The notes beneath the pieces are model-generated. The model worked only from the letters and a program-made list of their open reading frames with translations, was not told the DNA's origin and searched no databases. Both the position numbers and the translations under genes were made by a program. A DNA stretch of 51,046 nt from Promethearchaeia archaeon (lineage in GTDB: Archaea > Asgardarchaeota > Lokiarchaeia > Sigyniarchaeales > SOKP01), in the NCBI GenBank assembly GCA_029856105.1, contig JAHQWH010000035.1, positions 1 through 51,046 of the forward strand. The letters are read 5' to 3'. Shown here piece after piece: positions 39,119 through 49,705 of the stretch. Within the stretch, counting starts at the first letter, position 1, and the number at the start of each line of letters is the position of its first letter.

Positions 39119-42100
39119 TTATTTTTCGATCTTTTCTATCCAATCTAATTGTTTCATAGATTCAATTTTTTGATTAATGACATCTTTATTTAGTTTTTCG
39201 TAAATTTCTTTGATTACTTCATTAATAGAGTCTTCAAGAGTAAGCAATTGATTCATTTCATTATCTTTCAACTTGTATTTCAATTTTAATTTGATCCAAG
39301 TCTCAAAAGCAATCTTTTTAAATTCTTTTTTAACAAAAGTTAAAAGATCTTGGTATAATCCTTCTTTTTCTAATTTCTCTTTAAAATAAATCTCATAGAC
39401 TATGAAATTTAATAAACTATCATCAAAAAATTTAATGATTTCTCTATTTCCATCTGATTGGTATAAAAAATGTAAAATGTTTACAAAATCTACAAAAAAA
39501 GTCTGATCTTTTAAGTGTTTTATCGGTAACTTACGAAAATCATCTGGATAAAAAGTATTAGGAAGTTTATGGACTCTGATTCCATTTAAGTATACATTTA
39601 TGAATTTAGAATTCAAAATTGCTAAAATAAATTCATATGTATAATTATTAGAAATTTCTTCTAATTGCTCTCTTGTTTTATCAAAATTATTTTTTTTTAG
39701 ACTGTTTTTAATACTATTATTTTCTACACCATTTAAATCAATAAACCTTCTAAAAACATAAAGGCTATCGTTATTAATTACATCTAATACCGCAATTAGA
39801 CCTTCAGTTTGTCTACCTCTCAAAATTTTTTTTCCCTTATAAAGTTCTGGAAAGGTTGGTCTTCTTAGCTTATTAGGAGATCTATCAGTATCCCATTCTA
39901 AATATTTAATTTCATTGATTTTAAATCTACTCGTATATTTTCCTTCAATATACTTTTTTTTATAAATTTCTGATGGTATATCTGAAATCAGATCATCTTT
40001 AGTAAATTCACCTTTAGCTATTTTCTCATTTGCATTTGGTACTATTCCTACACTGATATAACAAATATTTCCCAATCTCTCGTTTTTTCCTAAATCATAA
40101 CTTAAGATATCTGGAATATTCTTTTTCCATAAAAATTCTGAATTTTGATCTATAACATAACTTTCAGAAATTTTCTTAAAAGAACCTGAATGAATTACTT
40201 TTTTTGTTTCTGTAATATCATTTAATTTTTTGACAAATAATAAAATTGGATTTATTCCTATTCCTTTAAATACGTTGAAGTCTTCAAAATAATCTATTAA
40301 AGGAATTTTATAATTCTCTTGTATCCAATTTCTTAATTTTTTTGAATATTTTACTGTACAAATGGCATCAGATACTACAAAACTAAAATATCCTTTATTT
40401 TTCAATAAATCTTTCACACTTCTTTCTATAAATGCAACAAATATATCCCATTTTTCCCATAGATTTTCATATGATGGTAACTGTTCGAGTAAATTTCGTT
40501 GAGTTAAAAACCATTCATCCGCTGTATCAGCTCTTACAAAGGGAGGATTTCCAATAACAATATCAAAACCTTTAAATTCTGGTTTCCTAAAAAACACATC
40601 AGGAAATTCCATAATCCAATAAAAGGGATTTAATTGCAGTATATCCTTTATTCCAATTCTTTTTTTTAATTCAATATTATTTATATTTTCCCAATTAATA
40701 TCTAAACTCAAAAGAAATTTAGAGAATGGGTTCTTTCCATATTCTGAATAATATTTAAAGTTAAAGTTACTAGTTGGATAAATGGATATAACCATTTCAG
40801 TATTCCTCTTAAGTGAACATGTTAATCCATTAATACTTCTGATTTTTTTATAATCAATGGCAACTGGTTCTTTAAAGTTAATTTTAAAATAAATCAAATC
40901 GTTATTTTTGTTTAGCTCACTCATTAAATCTTGAAATATTTTTCTAAAATTCTTTTTATTTACATAATTATTCATATAAATTGGCGTCAAAGGTATGATA
41001 ATCTTTTGATTTTGAAAATCAGAAGCTATTAATTTATTTAAATTGTCTTTAAAATCATCAATAATATTATTAATATCCTTCCTAATTTGGATTTTCCTTG
41101 ATTCCTCAATTCTTTCGTCCTTTCCATAATAACAACTAATAAGTTGTTGTTTTTGTTGTAAAATATCCCTTATGGCAGATCCACTCTCGCTCAAATATTT
41201 TTCATCAATTCTCTGAAATTTTTCTGTTCCAATTGTACTTAATCTTTCTTTTTCATGATAACCAATTAAACTATTGCCACATCGTATATTATATTCAATA
41301 TTCGGCAATACTGGTAATTGTGTGTACTCTAATGCTCCTTCAAGTTCTTCTGGTAGTTTTATTGCCCAAAGCCATAGTCTAAGCTCACAAATTTCAATAG
41401 CATTAATATTAATATCAACACCATAAAGATTATCTTGTAAAATATGTCTTTTAATTGAATATCTGTCTGGAAATGGCATTTGGCTATCAGGAATTTCATC
41501 TTCTCCTAAATGATGTTTTAAAAATCTTCCACAACCGGCATAGCATTTCTCATATAAATATAACAATTTATCAGCCGCTTTTTCTAAAAATGCTCCTGAA
41601 CCACATGCAGGATCGCATATCTTTATATTAGGTAATATTTTTTTCAATAAATAGAAATAAACTTCAGTTTTATTAGCTAAATTATCAATATCTGTTATTT
41701 TTTTTATTGGTAGTATATCTTTAAATTCGTTGTTTATCCTTTCAATAGTATAAGGCATAATAGTGTTATTAGCAATATATTCAGTAATAGTCTCAGGAGT
41801 ATAATAAGCTCCTGTTTTCTTTCTTTCAACACCAATTGTTCTTTCTAAAATATATCCTAATATCTCTGGTTTAATAGTGTTAACTCCAATCGCGTTGTTA
41901 TTATTTTCATCAATATTAGCTTTTGTAAAATCGAATTTTTTAAAAAATTCCCATATATCCTCTGCTGCTTCTGGATTTAAATGAACTCTTGTTAAATTGC
42001 CTACATCATCGATTTCTATACCATTTGGTCTAAATAATCCGCCATTTAAATAAGGCATATCCTTAAAAATTTCCATAATATCTTTTGAACGATCTTTAGG

Positions 42101-43039
42101 TCTTTTATTGAATACTTCAAAAAAAAGAGAATTCAATTCATTTATCCAATATCTTTTTTCAGTCTTTAAAATACCATCGCTTATAGGATCCGATTTCAAT
42201 CTCTTCCATGAAATAATTATTTTTATAAAAAGTAATCGAGAAAAGATCTTCCGATAATAATTTATAATATTCTGTTCATATTCCTCTTGAGTTAAGTCAG
42301 TAGGTTTTTCATAATTTATGATTCTAATTGGTGTTTTTATCTTAGATTTTAATCCTAATATCTTCTTTATTCGTTCTTGAAATTGATTATAAAATCTTGA
42401 AGTGATTTCTTGTTTTTGATCATCATGTTCCTCTAAAATGTATTGACGACCTCTCCCTAGTTTAATATTTTTAATGATTTCCAGTATTTCCCATGGTTTA
42501 TATTCTTCGATTTCAAAGCTTCCTTTACCATCTGGTTTAATATAATACCATTCTATGAAATTAGTAACAACCGAATCACATACATTATATAATCGCCTAT
42601 CAAGGTTATACCATTCTAATGCTTGTTCAATTCCTTCTCCATCTCCTTTTGTTGTAAGCGATTTGTTTAGATGTTCTATTTCAAATAAAAGGTCATGAAT
42701 CTCTGGATCTGAACTTCTAATTTGAAAATCTGGTTTCTTAATTTTTACTTTTCTTTTTTGTTCCTTTTCGAATTTATTTAAATAGGCTTTTCCTTTAATG
42801 TGTATTTGTCTTGTTATTTCTAAAGGATTTACTTCCAATTCTCTAAACATTTCTTTTATTATATCTTCTGTAAGAGGTTCGGGCTCTCCTCCTTCTTTTG
42901 TATGAGCTGTCGTTAAATCTATATTTTTAGTTTTATCCTTATTAAATAAAGAACCTATATATTCATCCTTAATTTTTTTTTTAAAGATCTGAAGATACTT
43001 ATTGTAAAGCTCTTTAAACGTAGTTATTTGGCTAACCAT
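39119..43039 (-). CDS. Type IIG restriction-modification enzyme (Eco57I-like fused REase-MTase-TRD)
   Basis: PD..ExE nuclease variant, YLNGGLF, GAYYTP, DPACGSGAF, YGVDIN, DIVIGNPPF and C-terminal ILNS...LPI TRD. Confidence 0.92.
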   Translation of the reverse strand: MVSQITTFKELYNKYLQIFKKKIKDEYIGSLFNKDKTKNIDLTTAHTKEGGEPEPLTEDIIKEMFRELEVNPLEITRQIHIKGKAYLNKFEKEQKRKVKIKKPDFQIRSSDPEIHDLLFEIEHLNKSLTTKGDGEGIEQALEWYNLDRRLYNVCDSVVTNFIEWYYIKPDGKGSFEIEEYKPWEILEIIKNIKLGRGRQYILEEHDDQKQEITSRFYNQFQERIKKILGLKSKIKTPIRIINYEKPTDLTQEEYEQNIINYYRKIFSRLLFIKIIISWKRLKSDPISDGILKTEKRYWINELNSLFFEVFNKRPKDRSKDIMEIFKDMPYLNGGLFRPNGIEIDDVGNLTRVHLNPEAAEDIWEFFKKFDFTKANIDENNNNAIGVNTIKPEILGYILERTIGVERKKTGAYYTPETITEYIANNTIMPYTIERINNEFKDILPIKKITDIDNLANKTEVYFYLLKKILPNIKICDPACGSGAFLEKAADKLLYLYEKCYAGCGRFLKHHLGEDEIPDSQMPFPDRYSIKRHILQDNLYGVDININAIEICELRLWLWAIKLPEELEGALEYTQLPVLPNIEYNIRCGNSLIGYHEKERLSTIGTEKFQRIDEKYLSESGSAIRDILQQKQQLISCYYGKDERIEESRKIQIRKDINNIIDDFKDNLNKLIASDFQNQKIIIPLTPIYMNNYVNKKNFRKIFQDLMSELNKNNDLIYFKINFKEPVAIDYKKIRSINGLTCSLKRNTEMVISIYPTSNFNFKYYSEYGKNPFSKFLLSLDINWENINNIELKKRIGIKDILQLNPFYWIMEFPDVFFRKPEFKGFDIVIGNPPFVRADTADEWFLTQRNLLEQLPSYENLWEKWDIFVAFIERSVKDLLKNKGYFSFVVSDAICTVKYSKKLRNWIQENYKIPLIDYFEDFNVFKGIGINPILLFVKKLNDITETKKVIHSGSFKKISESYVIDQNSEFLWKKNIPDILSYDLGKNERLGNICYISVGIVPNANEKIAKGEFTKDDLISDIPSEIYKKKYIEGKYTSRFKINEIKYLEWDTDRSPNKLRRPTFPELYKGKKILRGRQTEGLIAVLDVINNDSLYVFRRFIDLNGVENNSIKNSLKKNNFDKTREQLEEISNNYTYEFILAILNSKFINVYLNGIRVHKLPNTFYPDDFRKLPIKHLKDQTFFVDFVNILHFLYQSDGNREIIKFFDDSLLNFIVYEIYFKEKLEKEGLYQDLLTFVKKEFKKIAFETWIKLKLKYKLKDNEMNQLLTLEDSINEVIKEIYEKLNKDVINQKIESMKQLDWIEKIEK

Positions 43040-43427
43040 ATTTGTACCATCTCTATGAAAGAAAGTTGCTAAATATTCTAATCATGCTTTCCCATCTTAA
43101 TCTGTTAACTTTTGATTAAGATTATTTCCTTGTTTATTATTTTTATTAATGAATATTTTGAATTAGGTTTTTAATGTTACTATTAAAGAATAATTAATCC
43201 TAAAACATTCTAGATTTCCAAACAATATAAATAAAAGATGTGTTTAGATTTTTACTTTCCGATAAAAGCATATATCAAATCATTCTTCAACATATATATT
43301 ATTTTGGATTGTTGTCCTTGAGAGAGGTTCGGATCGACATAATTCTAACAAAACTTAGAAAAATTTAGGTTAGTCTTTTAATCAGTTAGTAACTCACACA
43401 TATAAAAAGAAATCTCGATTAGCTTTT

Positions 43428-43724
43428 ATGTTTTTAGGGTGTTTTCTAATGCAATATAAAAGTAAAATAACAGAAGAACTTAAGCATGAAATTCTTAAAT
43501 ACTCTGATTGGGAACACGAAAAAGATCAGCTGAAAAATGAGAAAAATTGTGGGGAACGGAAGAGTTTTTTAGATGAATTTCGTGAGAAAATAAAAAATAA
43601 CAACGGAACAAAGATCGTGAAAATCTCTTTATATACTCTTACTCGTATTATCGACGAGAAGAAAGAAAAAGGGGATACGACACCAATTTGGAGCCAAAAC
43701 ATTGATGATTCGATTAACAATTGA
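43428..43724 (+). CDS. Small hypothetical protein or remnant
   Basis: 98-aa ORF with plausible composition; likely ATG at 43449. Confidence 0.45.
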   Translation: MFLGCFLMQYKSKITEELKHEILKYSDWEHEKDQLKNEKNCGERKSFLDEFREKIKNNNGTKIVKISLYTLTRIIDEKKEKGDTTPIWSQNIDDSINN

Positions 43725-43737
43725 GCAAAAGTAACAC

Positions 43738-44175
43738 TCACGATGTATGTAATTCTTGCGTTTCAATTTTCTTAAGAACGGGCTCCATTTCTTTAAAGGA
43801 TTTACGGATTTTATGGAAATAATAACCCAACTTATACCCTTTGGAGCAATTAGTAAATAGCATGAAGTTATTGTCTGAATCTCCAACTAAAATAATAGTA
43901 TAACCTTTTACCCCTCTAATTACAATTTCTCTTAAATCTCCTTGTCCCAAACCTCTACTAATTTTTTCACCCAACGAAATTAATGTGGCAGGGCTCGCAC
44001 TATAAATATCTGCTACAATATCTGCAGTTTCAGAGCTAGCTATTCTCAATCCCGTTTTTGATACGATTGCAGAACCCTCCAAATCTGTGGAACTTTCTAA
44101 CTTCTCTAAATTTTGCATAATTTCCCCCAATATTTCTAGATCGATGTTTATTTCTGATATTTCAATTTTTTCCAT
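43738..44175 (-). CDS. Roadblock/LC7 domain protein
   Basis: LEGSAIVSKTGLRIAS, ATLISLGEKI...L.QG.L.EI.IRG..G..I and LG. Confidence 0.9.
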   Translation of the reverse strand: MEKIEISEINIDLEILGEIMQNLEKLESSTDLEGSAIVSKTGLRIASSETADIVADIYSASPATLISLGEKISRGLGQGDLREIVIRGVKGYTIILVGDSDNNFMLFTNCSKGYKLGYYFHKIRKSFKEMEPVLKKIETQELHTS

Positions 44176-44227
44176 TTTAACAACCTCACTTAATAATATT
44201 AATCAATTCAGCAAATTTAAATCTTTT

Positions 44228-44635
44228 TTAGATTTCAATGTAAAACTCCTTAATTCCTTTAACGTTAAAGGAATTTAACTCATCGGCTAAATAATCCGCG
44301 GTATCTATATATCTTGTAAATATAATTATTTTATTTCCTTCTTCAATTAAATCTTGAAGCACATTATTGTAAAAGTAATTAAGATTAACATCATTGGAAT
44401 AACCGAGTAGTTCCTCCGTAGATTTTTCGATCTCCCGTAACTTCTTTACAATATTGGGAGCTAGTTTTTTACGTCCAAGTTCAGTATCAATATTTCTATC
44501 GATCTCATGTTCATCATAGGAATCTTCATTACTAATATCAGTTTTGTTTTCCAACTTGCCGTCAAGGATGAACTCGCCTATCTTCGTTTTGATTTTAATA
44601 GTCCGCTCCGAAGCGTCGTATAATTGCACCTCCAA
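44228..44635 (-). pseudogene. Fragment of SNF2-like helicase (motif IV region)
   Basis: GNKIIIFTRYIDTADYLADEL is present, but the other helicase motifs are absent and the ORF ends right after it. Confidence 0.65.
44252..44275. repeat. Perfect 24-bp palindrome
   Basis: AATTCCTTTAACGTTAAAGGAATT. Confidence 0.9.
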
Positions 44636-44821
44636 GGATCTTACAAATAAATATTTATTCAGAGATCATCACCAGAGATTATCTCAATTTAACCTATATA
44701 ATAACTAATAATACTGGATCTGATGTGGAGGTTGATAAGCTAAGAAAGTGTGTTTAAAGACCGTCCCGTATACGAGAGGATGATGGAGAACTTAATAGAT
44801 GGTGATGTAGGATAATCAAAC

Positions 44822-45025
44822 TTGATCGACTTGCATTTTTTTAAGGCTTTCAAGAGATATCCAGAAGAAAGTAAAAATATGGAACTATTAACCCTTTTTA
44901 AAAGTTTACACGAAGAGCATCCTATACAAATAGTCGAAGAATCTGAAATCCCAGAAGATTTTCAAGAAAATATTTCTATTCTGATTTTAGATTTTTTTAT
45001 ATCATTATTTATATGGTTTGAGTAA
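44822..45025 (+). pseudogene. Short ORF, probable gene remnant
   Basis: 67 aa with TTG start; convergent with and abutting gmrSD. Confidence 0.3.
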
Positions 45026-45028
45026 AAT

Positions 45029-46801
45029 CTACTTACTTCCAACCCAAATTTCAGATGCTCTATTTACAAAATAAATATGCCGCTTTTCCAACTCCTTTAA
45101 ATTCCAATTAGATAGTTTAGTAACCTGATCTGTGATGAAAAAGTCGCCTTTTTTCATATTGATATAATCTTTGATTTTTTGAGGGAAAGGTTTTCGACCA
45201 GCTTTAGAGTTTTTAATTGAATTTAAAAGAATTAAATTTCCCAAACTATGTGTCCAATCCTTCCTTACATCTTCAGAGAAGCGATCTAGCCAATATAAAT
45301 CGATAGGATTTTGAGGTAAGATATGTTCTACACTAATTTTTCCTTTATATAAAATGATAACATTATCTTGGTCTCTTTCCTTTAAATCCAATCCTAAAAG
45401 CAAATATTTAGCAATTCCCCCATGAGCTCTTCTGTATATATTACTTTCATCTATTTTATTATCAAACGATTTTTTATTTTCAATAATTTCTTTATTAAAA
45501 AGAGGATCATTAATGACATCAATTGGATTTGAATTTTTTTCAATTAATACAATAATTCTATAAATTTGTGTGAGTCTTTGAGTAAAACTTAAGCCATATA
45601 CCCAATCAACAATAATCTTTCTTTCTATTTTTATTAAAAATTCAAGAATGAACTTCTCATCATTATATTTTATACAATAGATTATTAGGGCTGACATCCA
45701 ATCATTAAATGGTAAAAAATCCCTCATTAAAGATATTAAATTAGAATATCTGACATCATTTTCTGTTTTTCCCGTGTTAATTTTAGCGTCGATAATTTTG
45801 TCTTGGTATACTTTCCATACTTTTTCTAAATATTTAATAAAGTTTTCGCCTAAAAAGTCAGGTTCTTTTTTGAATATCAATTTCTTATACTCATCATATA
45901 TATTTTCTCGAGCTTTTTGCTTAATTTTAATATTTCTTATAAATCTGATTAAAATATCAAGTCCTCCTTCCTCTTCCATAGTCTCTTCAATATCTTCCCA
46001 AATTCGTCTATATTTTTCATGTTTAGATTCTGTTATTTTCCCAAAATTAATGCTTTTAAGTAAATCAGCATTGGTAAGTTTCATTCCTCTAGTATTAATT
46101 ACATTAAAAAGTCTAAAAGCAGAAGATAAGGTATGGGTCTTTACAACTACTAAAACAACCTTTTGTGAAAGATAAGCACTGAATTTTTCAACCAACTCTA
46201 AGTCAAAATCTTTAATATCCTTATTATAAAAACAACTTTGGTATATGCTAATCGCATCTTTTATATTATTTTCAGCATTCCTTTTAATATCTTTTTCAAT
46301 TAACGAAAGATCGCTAGTACCACCGCCCATAAGAACAAATTTTTCAAAAAAATCTTTCTCTTTTTCTCTGATCATAATACGAATGCTTTCAGGTGTGCCT
46401 TTAATTTTATTTGCCTTCTGATATATGTATTCTTGCATTGTGTTGCGAGTTTCACTATTCTTCGTAATATCTCTAATAGTCGCCATTAATATTGCTAAAG
46501 ATATCAAGCGCTGTTGACCATCAATAATAGAAAATTTTCCTGATTTATCATCTTTTATGCCTTTTGTCACTAATATTATAGCACCTAAAAAATAAGGTTC
46601 GTAATCAATAATTTTTGTTCCATGCTTTAGTTCATTATTTTGGAGAGAATCATTAATATCATCAAATAATTGCTGAAAATTATCTTCTTCCCAAGAAAAA
46701 GGTCTTTGAAAGATTGGAATTTCAAATAAGAATTTATCGCTAAACAAATCTTTAATATAATAATGATTAGCATCGATTTTTTCAATTATGGTTTCTGTCA
46801 T
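45029..46801 (-). CDS. gmrSD: GmrSD-family (DUF262 + DUF1524/HNH) type IV restriction-like enzyme
   Basis: IPIFQRPFSW, IIDGQQRL, FNVINTRG..L, VEHILPQ and LGNL.LL...KNS. Confidence 0.9.
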   Translation of the reverse strand: MTETIIEKIDANHYYIKDLFSDKFLFEIPIFQRPFSWEEDNFQQLFDDINDSLQNNELKHGTKIIDYEPYFLGAIILVTKGIKDDKSGKFSIIDGQQRLISLAILMATIRDITKNSETRNTMQEYIYQKANKIKGTPESIRIMIREKEKDFFEKFVLMGGGTSDLSLIEKDIKRNAENNIKDAISIYQSCFYNKDIKDFDLELVEKFSAYLSQKVVLVVVKTHTLSSAFRLFNVINTRGMKLTNADLLKSINFGKITESKHEKYRRIWEDIEETMEEEGGLDILIRFIRNIKIKQKARENIYDEYKKLIFKKEPDFLGENFIKYLEKVWKVYQDKIIDAKINTGKTENDVRYSNLISLMRDFLPFNDWMSALIIYCIKYNDEKFILEFLIKIERKIIVDWVYGLSFTQRLTQIYRIIVLIEKNSNPIDVINDPLFNKEIIENKKSFDNKIDESNIYRRAHGGIAKYLLLGLDLKERDQDNVIILYKGKISVEHILPQNPIDLYWLDRFSEDVRKDWTHSLGNLILLNSIKNSKAGRKPFPQKIKDYINMKKGDFFITDQVTKLSNWNLKELEKRHIYFVNRASEIWVGSK

Positions 46802-47342
46802 CGAAAATTAACTCTTTAAAAATTGTCATCTTAGATAGTATTTGATAATAATAATTGTTATTATAAATTATTTAAGTTTTAATTTGGAACCTATTTGGGA
46901 CTAAAAAACACATTCCCTAAAAAATCCTTAACATCCACCACAGAATTATTGGGTATATGCATAAATTCATTTTTAAAAAGCTATTTTATTGAGACACGCC
47001 CATTTCAGTTGTAAATGTTCTAATTCTTTTTTAAAAGTTTTTAGAAATGTAAAAATAAAAAAAGGGTAGTGAATATTTTAAAACACTGAATAAATTCCAT
47101 TATTTCATAAGTTTCAGAAAATCTTCATATTTCTCCGAATCTAATTCACCAAATCCTCTTAATATTGGATTAAAAAAATTCTTTGAGATTTCAATTTTAT
47201 ACTCTGGATTATTTAATTTTATTATTTCTTCTAAGATTTGCTAAAGACAATTTAATAAAGATTATAATGTTATTTTAACTAACAAAATTCTAAAATCTAG
47301 AATTTAATTCAGGGCAATAAAAATACATAAAAAAGATGTAAA

Positions 47343-48059
47343 TTGAGAGAGATCACACATAAAGGTTTAGCTCGATTAGTAGGATTATACGGATCTCATG
47401 CTATAGATTCCGATAACTTGCAAATACTCGTGTCTAAATCAGTACAACCGGACGAAATAGAAAGAGAGGGGTTACGCAAGGGTATGTTCGAAGCGGTAAT
47501 GACCTCAATCAGATGGTTTGCTGACCATACTGATAGAGCGAAGGAATTGTCGATCCAAAACATTAATAAAACCTCTGAAGCTTATAATTCTGGTGATCAG
47601 TCTTGGTCTCGTTGGCTCGGATGGGTTTTTCATTTTATTACTGATTGGGCAACGCCGTACCATTCTTTAAAAACAATGTCTAAATATATTTTAGACTCAA
47701 AAAGTGATATATTTAATAATGAGTCTGAAAAGGGTGGCGTGTCTTCTTGGACTAGATTATTTGAGAAATTTCTTAACGCTGTCAAATTCAAAGCAGAACA
47801 TGACAAGTTTGAAAATATATGCGAAGAACGTTGGCAGCAAAACTATTCTATTATTAAAGACAATTTTATCAAATTCAAGGAAAATAGCATATCTTTCGTA
47901 GATTTAGAAATATTTAGCGAAAAAATGGATGGATTACGGGCTAAATACGAGAATAAACTCCTTGATTGGATTACAGATTGCTCGGATCAAGAATTTTCAC
48001 TGTATATGACGGATATAGCAAAAGTAATGGATGTTGCCTGCCGGATAGTTTTAGGATAA
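47343..48059 (+). CDS. Zinc-dependent phospholipase C / S1-P1 nuclease-like protein
   Basis: N-terminal TH, S..PD, DH, G...HFITD.ATPYH and H..FE. Confidence 0.75.
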   Translation: MREITHKGLARLVGLYGSHAIDSDNLQILVSKSVQPDEIEREGLRKGMFEAVMTSIRWFADHTDRAKELSIQNINKTSEAYNSGDQSWSRWLGWVFHFITDWATPYHSLKTMSKYILDSKSDIFNNESEKGGVSSWTRLFEKFLNAVKFKAEHDKFENICEERWQQNYSIIKDNFIKFKENSISFVDLEIFSEKMDGLRAKYENKLLDWITDCSDQEFSLYMTDIAKVMDVACRIVLG

Positions 48060-48632
48060 AATTTAAAGATAATTCTTTAACCTTCTCGAATTGTAGCATT
48101 TCTAACTTTTTGAAATCCAGCCTGTTTTATTTTTATTTCTTTAAAAATTCTTTATAAACATGTTTATAAATTAGATATGCTGTTCCTAGACCAACTATAG
48201 CACAAATGATAAATAAGAGACCTATAATAAAAGATCTTTCTAATAGTATAGCTGTTGTTTCTGGTAAAGGATCAATTGGATTATTCCAATTGCGTTCCTC
48301 ATGGAATATGAATATTTACCGTTTACAAATCTAACGGGACGCCCCTTATATAACTATTTAATGAAAAATAGTAAAAAGAAAAATGTAGGGTATAAAACCC
48401 TTGAAGACAATCGAATATTTATTCAAACCGTTCTAAGCACATACGAGTAAAAATTTAAATTCTTTGATCACCTAAAAGGCATTATACCCTAAATTAAGTC
48501 AAAGTCTTATGTTTTTTATTTACCTAAAATCTAATAAAGCATTATGTAAATAATTTCATTATAGGAAACGAAGAGATAGAAAACCAAAGAAACCTAATTA
48601 AATGCATAATATATAAACAAAAAAAGATTTAA

Positions 48633-49691
48633 ATGGTAATCTCTAAGGAATTAAAAAGAGAACTAGATAAACAAGTAAAGAATTTAATCAATGTTTTTAA
48701 AAAAGAATTTTTACTAATTAAAAGTAGAGCGGAATACAACGATGATAGAAGCGTTTATTTTATAAGTTCAAAGAAAGGGCCACCAACTAAATTCTTTTTT
48801 GGAGAGGAGGAGGAAGAAAAAGATAACTTTCCCAAAGACATGCGTGAATTCGTTTCAGTTATTTATAATTCTGACAAAATTGTTATTTCAATTAATTATA
48901 AGGAAATTTATCAAGGTGGATTTTTTCGTACAACACCAAAAATATTCCTAAAAAACCTGAAGTTTTATGAAAATGTAGTTATGCAAATTGCTCGGCACGA
49001 ATACGGTCATAGTTTTTTGAATAAATCAGATTTTGACGCGTATCCTAAGATAGTTAGGACTTTTCTAAAAGAAATTAATTGTGATGATATCTTTGAGGTA
49101 CCTGAAAGTCAAATGGAAGATCTAAAGGAAAGTTTTAAGAACTCTGATTATGGAAAGACTGATAAATTTTTAGAAACTATTCAGCTTAATTTTGTCGAGA
49201 AGATTTTAAGAGAATTTCATGCAGATTACTCAGTTTGTAATAGAATTGATAGTTCCACACCGACGGAGGCTTTAAACTTATCTCTCTTTGCTTTTCAAGA
49301 AGGCTTAAGAGATCTTCCCAAATGGGAAGCTGATTTTTATTCAAGCGATAATTTTGGTGTAAAAGAATTGAGTAATTATTTCTTCTTTTTATTAATTCTT
49401 ACTCAAATTTTTTTTGTCTATAACGCGTGGAACATGCTCAAGGAAATCTTTAAAAAACATAATCTTGAAAAACTTTTAGGAGTGTTTCATCTGATTAATG
49501 GAATTTTAAAAAAAATTATTCTTATAAGCGAAAATTTTGATGGAATGAGAAAACATTTGTATGAGTTAGCTAAAATTTTAGATTCATTTCAATTTGAAAA
49601 ACTTTTCTTCGAGAATGATCTGGATCAGGAAAAGTTAGCTTTAATAAGAAATTATATTCAAATCCTAAAAATTAAATCTCATCGGGGATAG
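48633..49691 (+). CDS. Putative zincin metallopeptidase (HExxH)
   Basis: IARHEYGHS with a downstream EFHAD third-ligand motif. Confidence 0.7.
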   Translation: MVISKELKRELDKQVKNLINVFKKEFLLIKSRAEYNDDRSVYFISSKKGPPTKFFFGEEEEEKDNFPKDMREFVSVIYNSDKIVISINYKEIYQGGFFRTTPKIFLKNLKFYENVVMQIARHEYGHSFLNKSDFDAYPKIVRTFLKEINCDDIFEVPESQMEDLKESFKNSDYGKTDKFLETIQLNFVEKILREFHADYSVCNRIDSSTPTEALNLSLFAFQEGLRDLPKWEADFYSSDNFGVKELSNYFFFLLILTQIFFVYNAWNMLKEIFKKHNLEKLLGVFHLINGILKKIILISENFDGMRKHLYELAKILDSFQFEKLFFENDLDQEKLALIRNYIQILKIKSHRG

Positions 49692-49705
49692 GCAAGGTAA
49701 ACGGT

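Noticed and set aside
43321-43340. GGTTCGGATC resembling a tRNA T-loop / att remnant
   Set aside because: No supporting T-stem or acceptor stem.
48130-48310. Minus-strand frame encoding ...LLERSFIIGLLFIICAIVGLGTAYLIYKHVYKEFLKK*
   Set aside because: No start codon before an upstream stop; probably a remnant C-terminal TM anchor, too weak to call.
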